Shown in pieces: positions 12,471 through 25,119 of a stretch of DNA of 64,000 bases (position 1 is the first letter of the stretch; the number at the start of each line of letters is the position of its first letter). A model generated the notes under the pieces. The model did not search any database, was not told the DNA's origin, and saw only the letters and a program-made list of their open reading frames with translations. The stretch is from Lama glama. Taxonomy: Eukaryota. Location of the stretch: contig CM052832.1 in NCBI GenBank assembly GCA_028534125.1, forward strand, positions 15,068,001-15,132,000, in the 5' to 3' direction. Position numbers and translations under genes: made by a program.

Positions 12471-13539
12471 TCTGAGGGTCCCATTAGATGGCTGAGGGGC
12501 ACAGGCAGTGGGTGGGAGCCTGGAGTTTAGGGTGCATTATCAGGCTGTATAGGTGGCCTGGGAGTGAGGGTTTGGAGGACTGAGCCCTGGGGTTGCCCCA
12601 ACTCAGGACCAGCCAAGGAGGCTGAGCAGGGGCTGCCTGAGAGGAAGGAGGGCACTAGGGGAGCAGGGAGCCAGGCAGCTCTGTGGAGGGACAGTGTGGT
12701 CAGATGCCGCTGTGGGGTCGAGTGTGGCGAGGACTGGCTCAAGGGGTTGGGACCAAGAGCCCCCCAGCACAGCCTGGCACTCTGGCCCTTGGAGGGGGTC
12801 ACCTGGCCTTGCCTGCTTGGCTGTACCTTCCTCCTCATCTGGTTTGGGCTCCCCTGCCCAGCTCAGAGCTCAGGCCTCATCTCCTCAGCAGAAGCCTCTG
12901 AGCTCCGGTGGGGCCTCCTCCCTGCCAGCCAGGCTGTGGCTGGGCTGTGATATAAATTACCCAGAGTGATAGTGATGTGACTTTTATTGGCTCATGTGTT
13001 CAATAATGTTAATACATCCCATTATATCATGTTATATTAATACAGAGCCATATATTCCATGCAGTACAGCACATTAACTTGACTTGGGAGAATGCTGGGC
13101 GGACGCTGTGGTTAATCTTGTTCAGCCTGGCCACGCCCCCATCACTGGCCTGCTGGACAGCGTAATGACAGATGCCTTGGGCACCGTAGTCACTGAGGTT
13201 TTCCTGGCCCTGCCCCTGACTGCCGCAGCTCGGAGGTGGATCAACAGGTTCTGTAGAAGAGGCTTTTGGATGTCTCTCCCACATTATGGAGGCCCCACCC
13301 TCTGTCCTCACCTTACAAGTCCAGAGGTCATTCAACTCCCATTGAATGGATGTGGAAACTGAGGCTCAGAGATGGAAAGTGCTGTGTTTAAGAGATGTGA
13401 TGAGGAAGGGCCTGGAGCAAGGACTCTTGGCTCCCCATCCTGACTGCTCCCTAGGGGCGAGGGTGGTGTGGGCAGAGGGCAGGAGGCTGGCAATGAGAAT
13501 GGAGTGTGCCAGGCAGGGCACAGGGGTGAGAGCGCCCAG

Positions 13540-13745
13540 TCTGTCTGGAACCAGACAGACCTGGGTTTCAATCTTGCTTTGCCACTTGCTGTGTGATTTT
13601 GTTTCCATGTTTTCTGAGGCCTCAGTTTTCTCATCTGAAAATGAAGGTAATAATAGCATTCACTTCATGGGGTTATTGTGTGAAGATGAAGTGAGAGAAT
13701 CCCTGCGGAGTGCTTGGCATGGAGTAGGCGCTCCTTAAACGAGAG
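13540..13745 (+). mobile_element. MIR
   Basis: ccagacagacctgggtt...gcctcagttttctcatctgaaaatgaagg...gtgcttggcatggagtagg. Confidence 0.8.
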
Positions 13746-14414
13746 CTCCTGGGCCTGTTCCGATTACTGCTGACACCTGCGCAGCCTGCTGCCTGCTGCT
13801 GCCTGGCTCCTGCCTCGCCCGCTTCGTGTGCTCAGTCCCTACTCAGCTGCACCCTCAGCTTGCTCCCCCGGGGTACTGCAGCACCCTGGGCTGGTCCTGA
13901 GCCCCTGCCCCTTGGACACCTGGGCGTGGCCTGGTGCCCAGGGCTGCCCAGCTCGCTGGCTCACAGAGAAAGCCCAGCTTTGCCATCAGGTGGGCCTGGG
14001 TGTGACTTCTGGCCCCGGCGCTGGGTGACCCCAGACCTGTGCCTCAGCTCCAAGCCACAGCCTCTCATGTAAATCAGGGCTAAGGCTTCCCCTCTCAGGG
14101 CCTGGTGAGAATGAACAGGAGAGTCTGTGTTAGTAGCTGCCGCACCTGGTACATGTAAGAGGCATAATAATGACTCCTGGCATCTTGGATGTTTGCTTCT
14201 CTTTCCAGGCTTTAATGTCCCTTCTCCATGTGAGCCTCACAGTGAGGTTGACGAAGGCCAGATTCTCAGCCCTGTGTCCACTTGACAGACGAGGAGATCG
14301 AGGCTCACAGGGACGGTGACTTGCCTACAGTCACACAGTGAGGTAGTGGGCAGAGGGTGTGGCGGCCGGCTTCTTACCTCTGGAAACCTGGGCTTTGGGC
14401 CTTTCTTGGAGTAG

Positions 14415-14555
14415 GAGGCACAGGCGCTGTGGCCCCACGGGGCTCCCCTGGGCCCTGGCCCTTCCTCCCCAGCCTCTGGGCTCCTCCGTTCCCCGGCCTC
14501 CCCCCACGTATCACTCTTGACAAGGTTACGGAGTCAGCATGTAAAACCTGCAAAA
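14415..14555 (+). other. GRM4: Candidate alternative 5' exon of GRM4, probably non-coding here (5' boundary unknown)
   Basis: Donor AAA|GTGAGT at 14555/14556. The phase-0 frame reads SLLTRLRSQHVKPAK, close to a human isoform N-terminus recalled as ending SLLTRLLSQHVKPAK. There is no in-frame ATG after the TAG at 14412-14414. Confidence 0.5.
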
Positions 14556-14619
14556 GTGAGTGTAATTTATTGATCTACATTTCGCTTATGAAATAGGACA
14601 AGTGCTGATTTGAGGATCC

Positions 14620-14800
14620 TGTTTGCTCTCGCCCTCGCGCTGCCCGCTCCCCCGCCTGCTCTCCTGGGTGCTCTTATCTGCGGTAATTCCTCCGAGCCTG
14701 CATCAGAACCCTCTCCTTTGTCAGCCCTGTGAGGCTCTCCGCTCCGCGCCCTCTATTCTTCTCCAACCTCCGTGCCTTATCGCCCACCCCCTTTTTCCTG
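14620..14800. promoter_or_regulatory. Small CpG/GC-box-rich patch, possible intronic promoter element
   Basis: Local CpG cluster (ctcgccctcgcgctgcccgctccccgcc; ccgctccgcgccc) in a CpG-poor intron, between two candidate alternative exons. Confidence 0.35.
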
Positions 14801-15389
14801 GGCTCCTAAGAAAACATATAATGTTTAAAAGGGTGAGACAAGGGACTGAATAAAGTGCTTTCCGGGGAAATATTTGTTCAAAACCCTGTTGCCTGCATCT
14901 GTCTGGTTCTCTCCTGGAAAACATAAAATTCAGAGCAGGCCTGGAAATTAATCTAAGTGTCTGCTTGCCTTCCTGATAAGAGGCTGGGCGGGCCCCAGGG
15001 AAGGAGACAGAGGCCGGTGTGGGATCACCCCCCAATGATTGCCTTCTGGGATGTCACTGTGAAATCAGGGGACAGAGCACAGCGGGCCCCAGGAGGAGCG
15101 GGAGCCAGAGGGAGGGTCCTACTGGGCCCCTAGGCGGGAGGAGAGAGACCCGAGAGCATCTTCCGGGAGCAGGGCGCTGTGGTGAAGTGGCCCACTTGGC
15201 TCTGAGCAATGTCATCCACTTGCCCAGTGAAGCATCAGACCACATGAGGATCAGATCTTGGCCCCTGAGCCGCTCCGTGACCTGGGCAAGGCCCCGAGGC
15301 TCTGAACCTCGGTTTCCTCAACCACTGAAGTGCTTACGGTACCACGGAGCTTGCCCTCAGGCTGGCTGTGTGGAGGGGACGAAGCATCC

Positions 15390-15850
15390 CCTTTGTTCAT
15401 TGTGTACCTACCCTGTGCCAAGTGCTGTGACAGATGTCTGAGGACACAGTGGGAAATTAAAAAGGTTCCTGGATTCACGGAGCTGATGTTTTGGAGGGGA
15501 ATAATAAATGAAATAAGTAAGTAAACATAGAGCATGTTAGAAAGTGATCATTGTTATTGGAAAAGTCATAGCAGGGGATGGGGAGAAGGGGTGTTGGGGA
15601 GAGAGGTAGGACTGGTATTAAATAGGGTAGTCTGAGATGGTCTTGAAGGGAAGGTTGCCAGGGAACCAGCCACATGCATACCTAGGGGAAGAACATTCAG
15701 GCAGTGGAACAGTTGGTGCAGAGGCCCTGAGGCTGAGCATGCCTGGCATGTCCAAGGGATAGCAAGGAGGCTGGTGTGGCTGGAGCCACATGAGCGAGGC
15801 CAAGATGGGAGGCTAAGATGTTAGCTGGAGATGAGGTCAGAGGTAATGTG
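15390..15850 (-). mobile_element. L2 fragment directly upstream of the candidate alternative exon
   Basis: ttcattgtgtacctaccctgtgccaag...aacattcaggcagtggaacag...gcagaggccctgagg...ggagatgaggtcagag. Confidence 0.75.
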
Positions 15851-16045
15851 TTGAAAATGCTTTGTGAAAATGCCAAGTTGATAAATGTGACAGATGGCCC
15901 TAATCTGAGCTGTAAAGGGCCTTTTATTTGTACCCAGCAAGGACTCCCCAAAGAAGGCTTGTGTGTGAGTTTTGCAGGAAGAGGGGAGGCCTGTTATCTC
16001 CTGCCTTCTGCCCACCTTAAAGATTTCAGTCCTTCTGGCTGCAAG

Positions 16046-16144
16046 ATGACACGAATTCCTCCCGAGCTATTTCCCCATGATGACGCCAGGAGGAAAAAGA
16101 GGCCCGTTGTAACTGTGGGGCCATGCTGTGGGGGTGGGAGATGG
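16046..16144 (+). CDS. GRM4: Candidate alternative first coding exon of GRM4, MTRIPPELFPHDDARRKKRPVVTVGPCCGGGRW
   Basis: ATG with A at -3, 33 open codons, and a phase-0 donor TGG|GTAAGA in frame with exon 24766. Resembles a human GRM4 isoform N-terminus recalled as MVQSLPKLFPHDGAKRKKRTLRTSGPCFGGGGQ (same length; recollection, not a search). Confidence 0.6.
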
Positions 16145-16658
16145 GTAAGAATCCTGGTGAGCAACCCTGACCTGGCCACCAACTGGGGCACTGGTGGCAG
16201 TGGAGGTGCCTACCCCTCCTGGCTGTGCCTGAGGCCTCAGGGAGAGAAGTCAGGGGCTACGAGCCCACTCTCTGGCAGCCTTGGGTGGGGTTGGTGATCC
16301 TAATTAAAAGCTTGGATCCAAAAGGCTTGATGATGGAATTTCTAATTAAATCAATTTCATCTCGTCTGGGAGACAGAGGTTTGCATACGATAAGCATGAA
16401 ATTAATAATTATGTTTAGAAATTAGCTGTTGCTCAAAGCAGAGCCATTTACACAACCCTCTGGGGCCCCGGGCCCCCAGCCCTGCCTGATCCTTTGTGTT
16501 GGAAGCAGATGGGCCACTTCAGCCCATAGTGACAGCCAGGAGTGGAGGTAGTGGCTGAGCATGGAGAGGAAGTAGGACTGACTCCCTGCTGTTGCCACGG
16601 GCGATGTGGGCAGCGGCCCTCCTTGTCTCTGGAGGCTACCACCTCCCTCAGATTCTGC

Positions 16659-16684
16659 GTGTGTGTGTGTGTGTGTGTGTGTGT
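16659..16684. repeat. (GT)13 microsatellite
   Basis: Read directly. Confidence 0.95.
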
Positions 16685-16719
16685 AGAACCACTTGTGAAA
16701 GGGGGAGGCTGAGTTTTTT

Positions 16720-16958
16720 ACATGGTAGTTAGCATGGGCTCTGGAGCTGGTCCCTCTAGGTTCAAATTATAGCTCAGCCACTAGCTGTGTCACCTTGGGC
16801 AAGTAACTTAACCTCTCTGCACCTCAGTTTCTGGAAAATGGGGAGAATAAGACAGCCTACTTTGTATGGTTATTGTAAGGTTCAAGATGCTAGTCATATA
16901 AAACCATTTTGGACAGTTCTTGGCACATAGTAAGCACTGAATAAATGCTAGTTCTCAT
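16720..16958 (+). mobile_element. MIR
   Basis: ctgtgtcaccttgggcaagtaacttaacctctctgcacctcagtttc...tggcacatagtaagcactgaataaatg. Confidence 0.85.
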
Positions 16959-17114
16959 GATGATGATGATGATGATTATGTGTGAGTGAGTGAATTTAAT
17001 TCAATTCAGTCCACGCCCAGACTGTGATGGGTGTGAACTTGACACATCTAGACTCTTGAGGTGGAGATAAACAAGACTCATTGCTGGCTGTCCTGCAGCT
17101 AGAGGCTGTGCCAC

Positions 17115-17450
17115 CTGTATTTGTCAGCATTGATGAGGAGACGCTGCAAGAACAAATAGCCCCTGCATCTCTGTGGCTTAAAATACATAAACTGAATACT
17201 TGCTCTGTTATGTGTCCACATATGTTGGCCTAGTGCTTTGCTCCACCTCCTCAGGGACCGAGGCAGGCCTGGAACATTGCTGGTCATGGTAGCAGAGGGA
17301 ATGTGTACCCTGTAGGGTCTCACAACCACAATGAAATACTCTGGCCCTGAAATGGCAGCATTTTCTGCTCCCAGCTCATTGGCCAGAACATGTCACGTGG
17401 CCCCAGCTGAGCTTGAGGGGCAAGTTGTTGAATTTTGCCAGGTGCCAGGA
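17115..17450. mobile_element. MLT1-type (ERVL-MaLR) solo LTR remnant
   Basis: aacaaatagcccc...atctctgtggcttaaaa...; ttctgctcccagctcattggccagaac...tcacgtggcccca are typical MLT1 phrases. Confidence 0.65.
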
Positions 17451-20400
17451 AGACAGAGATGGAAATGTCTCTAAGGTCCAGCAACCCATGTTAATCATGT
17501 GGGGGTTCATTTATCAATTGTCCCTCCCACTGGAATGTCAGTCAAGGAGAGGAAACACTGCTGGCATGAGGGGCCTGTGTGACTGGGCAGAAGAAGGCCA
17601 GGGTGGCCAGTCTCCTGGCCTGGGGATGGAGCAGAGCTGGGAGGTTGAGTGCCCCAGGCGGCAAGTGCGGGAGAAGGCAGAGTCAGGGCTCACCCAGTGT
17701 GGGCCGAGCAGACTGATCGATTGCACTGGGCACAGGTTGGTTGGCCAAGAGCCAGGCAGGGGCGCATGGCCAGGCCCCAGAGTGACCGGATGCTTGGGGT
17801 CCAGGGTTGGCAGCTGGTCTGCGTCTGCAGGGTAGTGGGATCTGATTAATGAGGGCATCTTGAAGTGAGCTGCCCAGGCCATCCTGGCCTGAATTCCCGC
17901 AGGGTCTGTGGGGAAATGGCCGGGGGGCCCCCAGATGGCCCAGCAGGTGTGAGGGAAGGCGGCTGTTGAGGGGGAAGGCCCCAGCGTGTGGCCTGGGATG
18001 AGGCCCAGGGAAGGTGGCAGGTTGTACTCCAATCTGGAGCCTATCCCCGTTCTCCCAAAGACCATCTAGATGCCAGCCCAGCACCCTCCCAGGGCATCCG
18101 TCCGTTTCCAGGCTTTGGAAGTCTGCTTCTCTGCTCTTGAGCCCTGGAAGCTGTCTCTGAGGCGGGCCTGTCAGGGCTGAGGGCAGAAAGCCATCAGTGC
18201 TGGGCCCCACTTGCCGCACCCCCTCTGCTGTACCCCAATATCTCATGTGACTGTCCTTCCCAGCCACCTTGAACTCCCCCTGACTCCCCTCTTTGCACCA
18301 CCCCATTTCTCGTCTTCAATTTGTCTACCCCTTTGACCCCCCGCCTGTCGCCAGCCTCTACTCTCCTCAGGGCCCATAGTCAGACCCCCAGCAGCTCCCC
18401 TGCGAGGCCCCCAGTGAATCCCTGTTGCCCCAAACCCGGCACTTCAGCCTGGAGGCATTTCCCTGTGAGGACCTCCTTTGTGGCACCTCCCCCCTCACCA
18501 GGCTGGTTCTCTGAAGGTGGGTTATTTAAATCTGTGGCCTCAGTGCCTGACTGAGAGGAGGTGGTCGGTGCTCCATGAAGGTGTGTGCCTGGCTCTCAGT
18601 GAGGCACTGTCCTGCCCACCTCTCTGAGGCTGCGGGGAGGAGACCCCCCTGGTAGCACCTCTGCCCCTTCTGCAGCAAAGGCCTTGGGAGAGGTGCATGG
18701 CTCAGGCCGTGAGCGGTGTGGGGTCAGGGACGGTGCCTCTGAGCCTGTGGAGGCTGGCCTTCTCTCCTCTCTGAACCGCATATTTCTGCCTAAGTAGCTT
18801 TCATGTACCTGAAAGCCAGGCTGCCTTTTATCTGTGAAGAAAACAGCTGATTCCAAGAGCCAGGCAGTCAAGGCTTCATGCAGCCAAGATCAGAGGGGCA
18901 GGGAAGCAGGCAGCCAACCCCGGGGTCTGACTGGCCGCATACAGGATCCCCTGCTCCCCAAGTGAGAGGGGCTGCAGCCAAGAGGGTGGGGGTCCTGAGA
19001 TCGGGCTGGGCCCTGGCCTAGGCTGGGCTGCTGGCCAGAGGGGGCTATAGGATCCCAGCCTCATTCTGTAGCTGCCTGGCCTGGCTTGTGGATTGAACAG
19101 AAAATGCAGAGTCAGCTGGGAGGGTGGGCAGGGCCCGAGGCCAGGACTAGGGGATGGGAGCAGGGAGGCAGAGCAGCTGGGTCTACGCCGTATTTCTGCT
19201 ATCTTCTGGCTCTGATGCTCAGAGGGCACTTTCAACTCTCTGAGTCTCAGTTTCCTCATCTGAACAATGGGCACAATGGTCCCAGTCTTGCCTCCCTATC
19301 TAATAATAATATCTAGCATTTGCTGCGGGCCCCCATGTGCCAGACACTGTTTTAAGCACTTTGGCAGTCCTGTGTTGTTACTGTGACTGCTTTATAGGGC
19401 TGGAAACTGAGGCCCAGAGAGGCTGCTTGCTTGCCTAAGGTCACACAGCTGGATGGCAAAGCTGGGTTGTAAAGCCCTGGGCAGATTGACTCCAGAGAGT
19501 GCCTGGCCAAGCATTAAGAAAGAGGAGTGAGGGAGAGGTGCCTTAAACACTAATGCTGACAGGAAGAGGGTTGGGGCTTCTGTCAGGTGGCCCCAGGTGT
19601 CCGTGGTGATGGCCCTGGGCATCCAGCTGCTTGAGTCGGGTAACCCGGCCTTGTGGAGGGCAGGTGGAGGTTTTACCTCTGACAGCTTTGAACAAAGCCT
19701 GAGCCTTCAGAGGCGCTGGGACTGTGCCCTTGGTGGGCCCTGAGATGCCAGGCAGGTTGCTCACCCTACAACCCTCCTCTGGATGGTATGGAACAGGGAC
19801 TGGCCACTCTCAGGGGCATCCTCAGATTCTGCTGGTTTGGGAGCCAGTGTCCCAGAGCCTGAGCTGTTGGCATCCTGGGGCACCACCTGCACCCCAGCCA
19901 GGCCTGGGTGGGTGTGTGGGGCTGCTGGCCAGGCTTGAGACAGCTCCAGGACAGATGTAGGTTCTAACACATGTGTGTGCATGCACACACATGCACACAC
20001 AGGCTTACACACATGCACACGTGTACATATGTGTGCAGGCCTTGGCACGGGCTGTTTTATCTGCCTGAAAAGATCTCCTTCAAATACCTACATGGCTCCC
20101 TCCTTCACCTCCTTGGGATCTTGACTCAAATGTCATCCTGTCAGAGGGTTACCCCTGGCCCCTCTCCCCAGTAGTCCCCTAAACCTCCCTTTCTTTTTCC
20201 TCCTAGTCCTCTGTCCCCATCTGTCAGCTCTGCATCGCCTATCCCTGGCTAGATTGGGAGCCCCCTGGGGCAGTGTCCCTGCTCTCAGAACTGTGCCTGG
20301 CAGGCTGTTGGCGCTCAGTGACTGTTGGTAAGAGGAAGAAATCAATGGGTGTGCTGTGCACTCTTGGGCTCAGGGCGTATGTTCCGGAACGTGCTCACAG

Positions 20401-21639
20401 ACGCGCACGTCACACATCCGCACATGTGCATCACACACTTGACATTTATCTTCATTGTTGCTCAAGCCTGGAAGCAGCTTTTGTCTTTCCCACGTGTGAT
20501 GGACCTCCTTGTGACTCCAGAAGCCAGCGAGAGGGAGAGAGAGAGTTTATTCATGAACTCCCTCCCCCTTCAGTCACTCACCCCTTTTGTACTTTGGAAC
20601 GTGTGAGGCTCTACTGGGTGCCAGCTGCAGACATACTGTGTGCCACTCATGGGCGTCTCACCTGCCTCCTCCCCAGGGCATCCCCGAGGATGCAGTGAGT
20701 GTTGACTTGGGTTTGGGGGTGAGATGAGTCCAGCTCCTCTTGGTGTCTTTCCAGTGACCTTGCCCAGCATAATGGAGTGCCTCAGATGCGTTTTGAATTG
20801 ATAAGTAGACCAAGTGTCCAAACATCCAGGAGGACATGCCTAGTACTGGAGCAGACTGACTTGGTGCTGTGGGAGGTCTGAGCATGCTCTCTGGAAAATG
20901 AGGGCTCCTGGGGGTCTACCTGGAGGAGGTGACTTTTGAGCTGGGCCTTGATGCACGAGGAAGATTTGGATGTGGGGAGATGAGGTCGTGGGCTTTGTGG
21001 GCAGAGGAAGGCAGGCAGAGAGGAAAGAGAAGCCCGCGGACAGATGGACCTAGACTAGGACAGCTGTGGTTGGTCAGGTGCTGCTGGAATCTGGCTTCTT
21101 GCTGACTCCTGCCCCATGAAGCAGGCGACAGGAAGATATGGCATCCCCAGCACCTAGAACAGTGCCTGGCACACAGTAGGTTCTCAAAGATTTAGGTGGC
21201 GGTAGGAGGGAGGCAGGCAGGGAGATGGAGGAGCTGGCAGCAGGGTGGCACGGCGGCCTCCCGCTCTCGTGCTGATGTGAAAGGAGAGGTATGTTCTCTA
21301 AGGAGAATGTTAATCCAGCGCCTCTCCTCCTGCTCAGCTGGGCTGCGGAGACCATGAAAGCTACAGGGACAGCCCTGCTTGGGCCAGGCTGTCACAGTCC
21401 CCCTTGCCTGTGAGGTCCCCAGGGCGGTCCCCACCTCTGCCCCTTCCACTCCAGCCTGGGGTGGGGACAGGAGGGATTAGAGCTTGGAGGGCCTGCCAGC
21501 ACCAAGAGGTGTCCCCACTAAGCACAGCAGAAACTGTGTGACTACAGAGAAGTGAGGGTGGGAGGGGACAGTCTTAGGAGGTAAACAAAGTCAGATGGCC
21601 AAGAGGAGGGAGCTGCCAGGAGGAAGTGCAGAGGGAGGG

Positions 21640-21880
21640 ATAATAACTCACATCGGAGCTGACCGGTGAGGGTTTACTGCCTGCCAGGCACTGCCCTGAA
21701 CATTTCTCGTGAATTCCCACATGTGACTCTCACAACCCTATGAGAAAGGGATTGTAATTATTCCCATTTTGCAGCTGAGGAAACTGAGGCCCAGAGAGGT
21801 GAAGTAACCTGCCCCAGGTTTCCCAGCTGATGGGTGGCAGACCTGGGATTTGAACCTGAGCAGTTTAGTTCCCAAATCTC
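21640..21880 (-). mobile_element. MIR
   Basis: cccattttgcagctgaggaaactgaggcccagagaggtgaagtaacctgccc...ggatttgaacc. Confidence 0.85.
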
Positions 21881-22729
21881 TGCTAGAACTCATCTTCCTA
21901 GGAACCTTGGGAAGGCCTGGAACTGAGGAGGGAGACTGCAGGGGGCGAGGTGGGAGGAGTTGGCAGAGGGGACATGTAAGAGGATGCTGGCTTAGCCCCT
22001 GGACTCTATCACTCCTCCACCCCATCATTTCAGGACAGAGTCCCTGTTCCAGGGTCTCAGGAATTGTTGGGGGCAGAACAAGGGCTCATCTTGGGCTCCT
22101 GAAATCAGGGCCCAGGGTACTCCTGCAGCCTGACACACACCCTGCAGGAACCCCATGCTTGGCTCTCCTACCCTTTACAGAAATGGGGGTCTTCAGGGGG
22201 CAGGGGCCGGGCCTGGGTCTGAAGACTGCTGACAGGGGCTGGGCTCACTGGGGGAGGCTCTGAGTCCTGGCATCTGGACATCCACCTGTCCGCCTGCTGT
22301 CCCTGCCCAGGCCGAGTGCCTGAACGGGAGGAGATGGGGGAGGTGGCTTGGGAGGAGGACTGAGGGGTGAGAAGTCGCCTTGTGTGAATGGCTCTGGCCC
22401 TTTCTGCTGCCCGCCCTGAACCTGTCTGGACTTCCCACCTCTCCTCTGAACTGACACATTTGACTCTGGGCCCTTGGGCCTGTGCTGGGAGAAAACGTCA
22501 GAAGTGGGAGACGAACTGCTTCTAATTAGGAGGAGAGTAGGTTTCCGGGTGTGTGATTACTACCAGCAGAGGTGAGCTAGCAAACAAACACGCTGGCTTC
22601 TCCTGGGGACCTGCTGTGAAGGAAGGTTGAGTTGGGTATGTCCTGGTCCCGCAGTCTCCACCGCCTGCTCCAGCTCCAGATTCAGGGTGCTTCTGTTCAG
22701 AGGGATGACCCAGGGGCGCTGTTTATTTT

Positions 22730-23790
22730 GTTCTGTTTTATCATCAAAATTTAAAAAATGTGGCCATTTCAGACATGTACAAAAGTACACCGAATAGGGC
22801 AGTGAGCCCTCACGGCCACACCACTCAACAGGTGTCAGCTCTTGGCCAGTGTGTTATTACTTCTACACGTTCCCAGGAAATCCCAGGCCTCATTGTATCA
22901 CTTTGTCCCTAAGTAGTTCAGTACGTAGCTTTGCCCCCCGAGGGACACTTGGCAATGTCTAGAGACATTTTTGATTGTTATAACGGGGAGGGGTGCGCTA
23001 CTGGCATCTCATTGGTGTGGGGCAGGGATGCTGCTAGAGGCCTTACAGCGCACAGAGCAGCCCCCCGACAAAGAATCACACCTCACTCCCACGCCACGTG
23101 CTCATAGTGCCGAGCCTGGGAAGCCCTGCTCTGAGACTGGGACTCTTAAAAACCAACCAGCCAACCAACTGCAACTGTAATACCATCATCAGACCTTAAA
23201 AATAACAATACTTTTAAAAGTGCTCATCAAATATCCAACCAGAGTCCACATTTTAAGGGTTGCTGCTTTCATGCTAAGTGCTCTCCAGGGAGAGAGGGCT
23301 GGGCTGGTGTTCAGACACTGCTGACTCGGGCAGACAAAGGGACGTGAATGTTACAGTGGGGTTTGCTTTCTAAACAGGTGCTGTATTTGCGTGGTTCTAC
23401 ATGGAAAACATACAAAGGGTATAAGGTGAAAGGTCCCGCTCAACCCTGCCTCCTGCCACCTGGTTTGCTCCCCGGAGGGACTTTGCCCCTGATTTGTTTC
23501 AGAGCCAGCCGCCCCTCGTACAGTAAGCCGGGCGCTGTTGGCACAGGGAGCTGCTCCTTGCTTCTTTGTTGATGCTGTTTGTACCCTTCAACTTCGTTCT
23601 TTGTTGCTGTTATTTTTACCCTGTATTCAGAGAGCCATCCAGAGCAGGGCGTGGAAAGCTGCCTTGTTCTTTTTTGCAGCTGCCTGGTATTCCTTGTGTG
23701 GCTGTAGCTTCTTTCTCCAGTCCCCTTCTGACGGACACGTAGCTTGTTTCCTAATAGTGACATAGTGAATAGCATAGTATGTACCGTTTT
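22730..23790 (-). mobile_element. Degraded L1M fragments interrupted by MER20
   Basis: Phrases such as atttcagacatgtacaaaagta, tcatcaaatatcca and tggtattccttgtgtggctgta...gacggacacgtagcttgtttcc on both sides of the MER20. Confidence 0.55.
22925..23132 (+). mobile_element. MER20 (hAT-Charlie DNA transposon fossil)
   Basis: ggacacttggcaatgtctagagacatttttgattgtt...ctactggcatct...agggatgctgcta...acaaagaat matches the MER20 pattern as recalled. Confidence 0.8.
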
Positions 23791-24699
23791 ATAAAGACCA
23801 CAAGAATGACAATGAGAGGGCTCGGGAGTTAACCCTTAGTCAGAAAATCTAGGAAGCCAGTCACCTGTTTCCCCCATTCGCATCCTCATTTCTGTGGGTT
23901 CCAGGGACTTGGGCCTTGAGGGCCCACGTTGGGGGGAATCATGGGGCTAAGCTGGACCAGGCCCTTTTCCTAATGGGTGTCCCCTCTGGAAGGTAGGCCC
24001 CCAATGTCCCTGGGGATAGGCATACCCTAGGCATAGGCCAGATGGGCAAACACACATACAGGAGCTCCCCCAATCCGCTTGCTCCTGGAATATTTTCCCA
24101 CCCTCAGTTGCCATGGGGACTAAAGTTCTGGCAGGGGGTGGATCAGATAAGCCCTCATCACTGGGCCAACCATCTCACTCACCTGGGGATTTTCCCCCGG
24201 CTAGGGTCTTGCAGCTCTTTATATATATTGAGGCATCCAGAGGCTCCCGGGGTGTGTGTATATATGTGTGTGCAGGAGTGTGTTATCCCTTATGATTCTG
24301 TGGTGTATATGTGTGTGTTATTGAGGGACCACCAGCCACAAAACCCAGGTGAGGCAGCCTGGGAGACTTTCTGGAGGAGGAAGACTTGATGCCTACGTGC
24401 CACTCACTTCTCACCCTGATTCCAGCCGCATTCCTGTTGGAAGTGAGGAGAGGCGTGGGAAGGGTCAGGATCAGCAGACAGCTGAGTGGTGGGTGTTGGG
24501 ACCCTGGGCTGAATCCAGGGTCAGGGCTAACTACCATTTGCCCACTCTCTCTGGGCCTCAGTTTCCTTCTCTGTCAAGTGGGGCTGGGACCTATTCAGCC
24601 CAGGTCAAGTAGTCTCCCCCAGGATGGGAGGAGGTGGTGCTTGTGGGAAGGGCTGGGATGGTCCCCAGGTTCTGGGACAGGAGGAAGGTTGGTGTGTAG

Positions 24700-25119
<420 letters not shown>

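Noticed and set aside
19592..19612. Reverse RE1-like TGTCCGTGGTGATG
   Set aside because: Mismatches at key positions in both half-sites; much weaker than the 33798 site.
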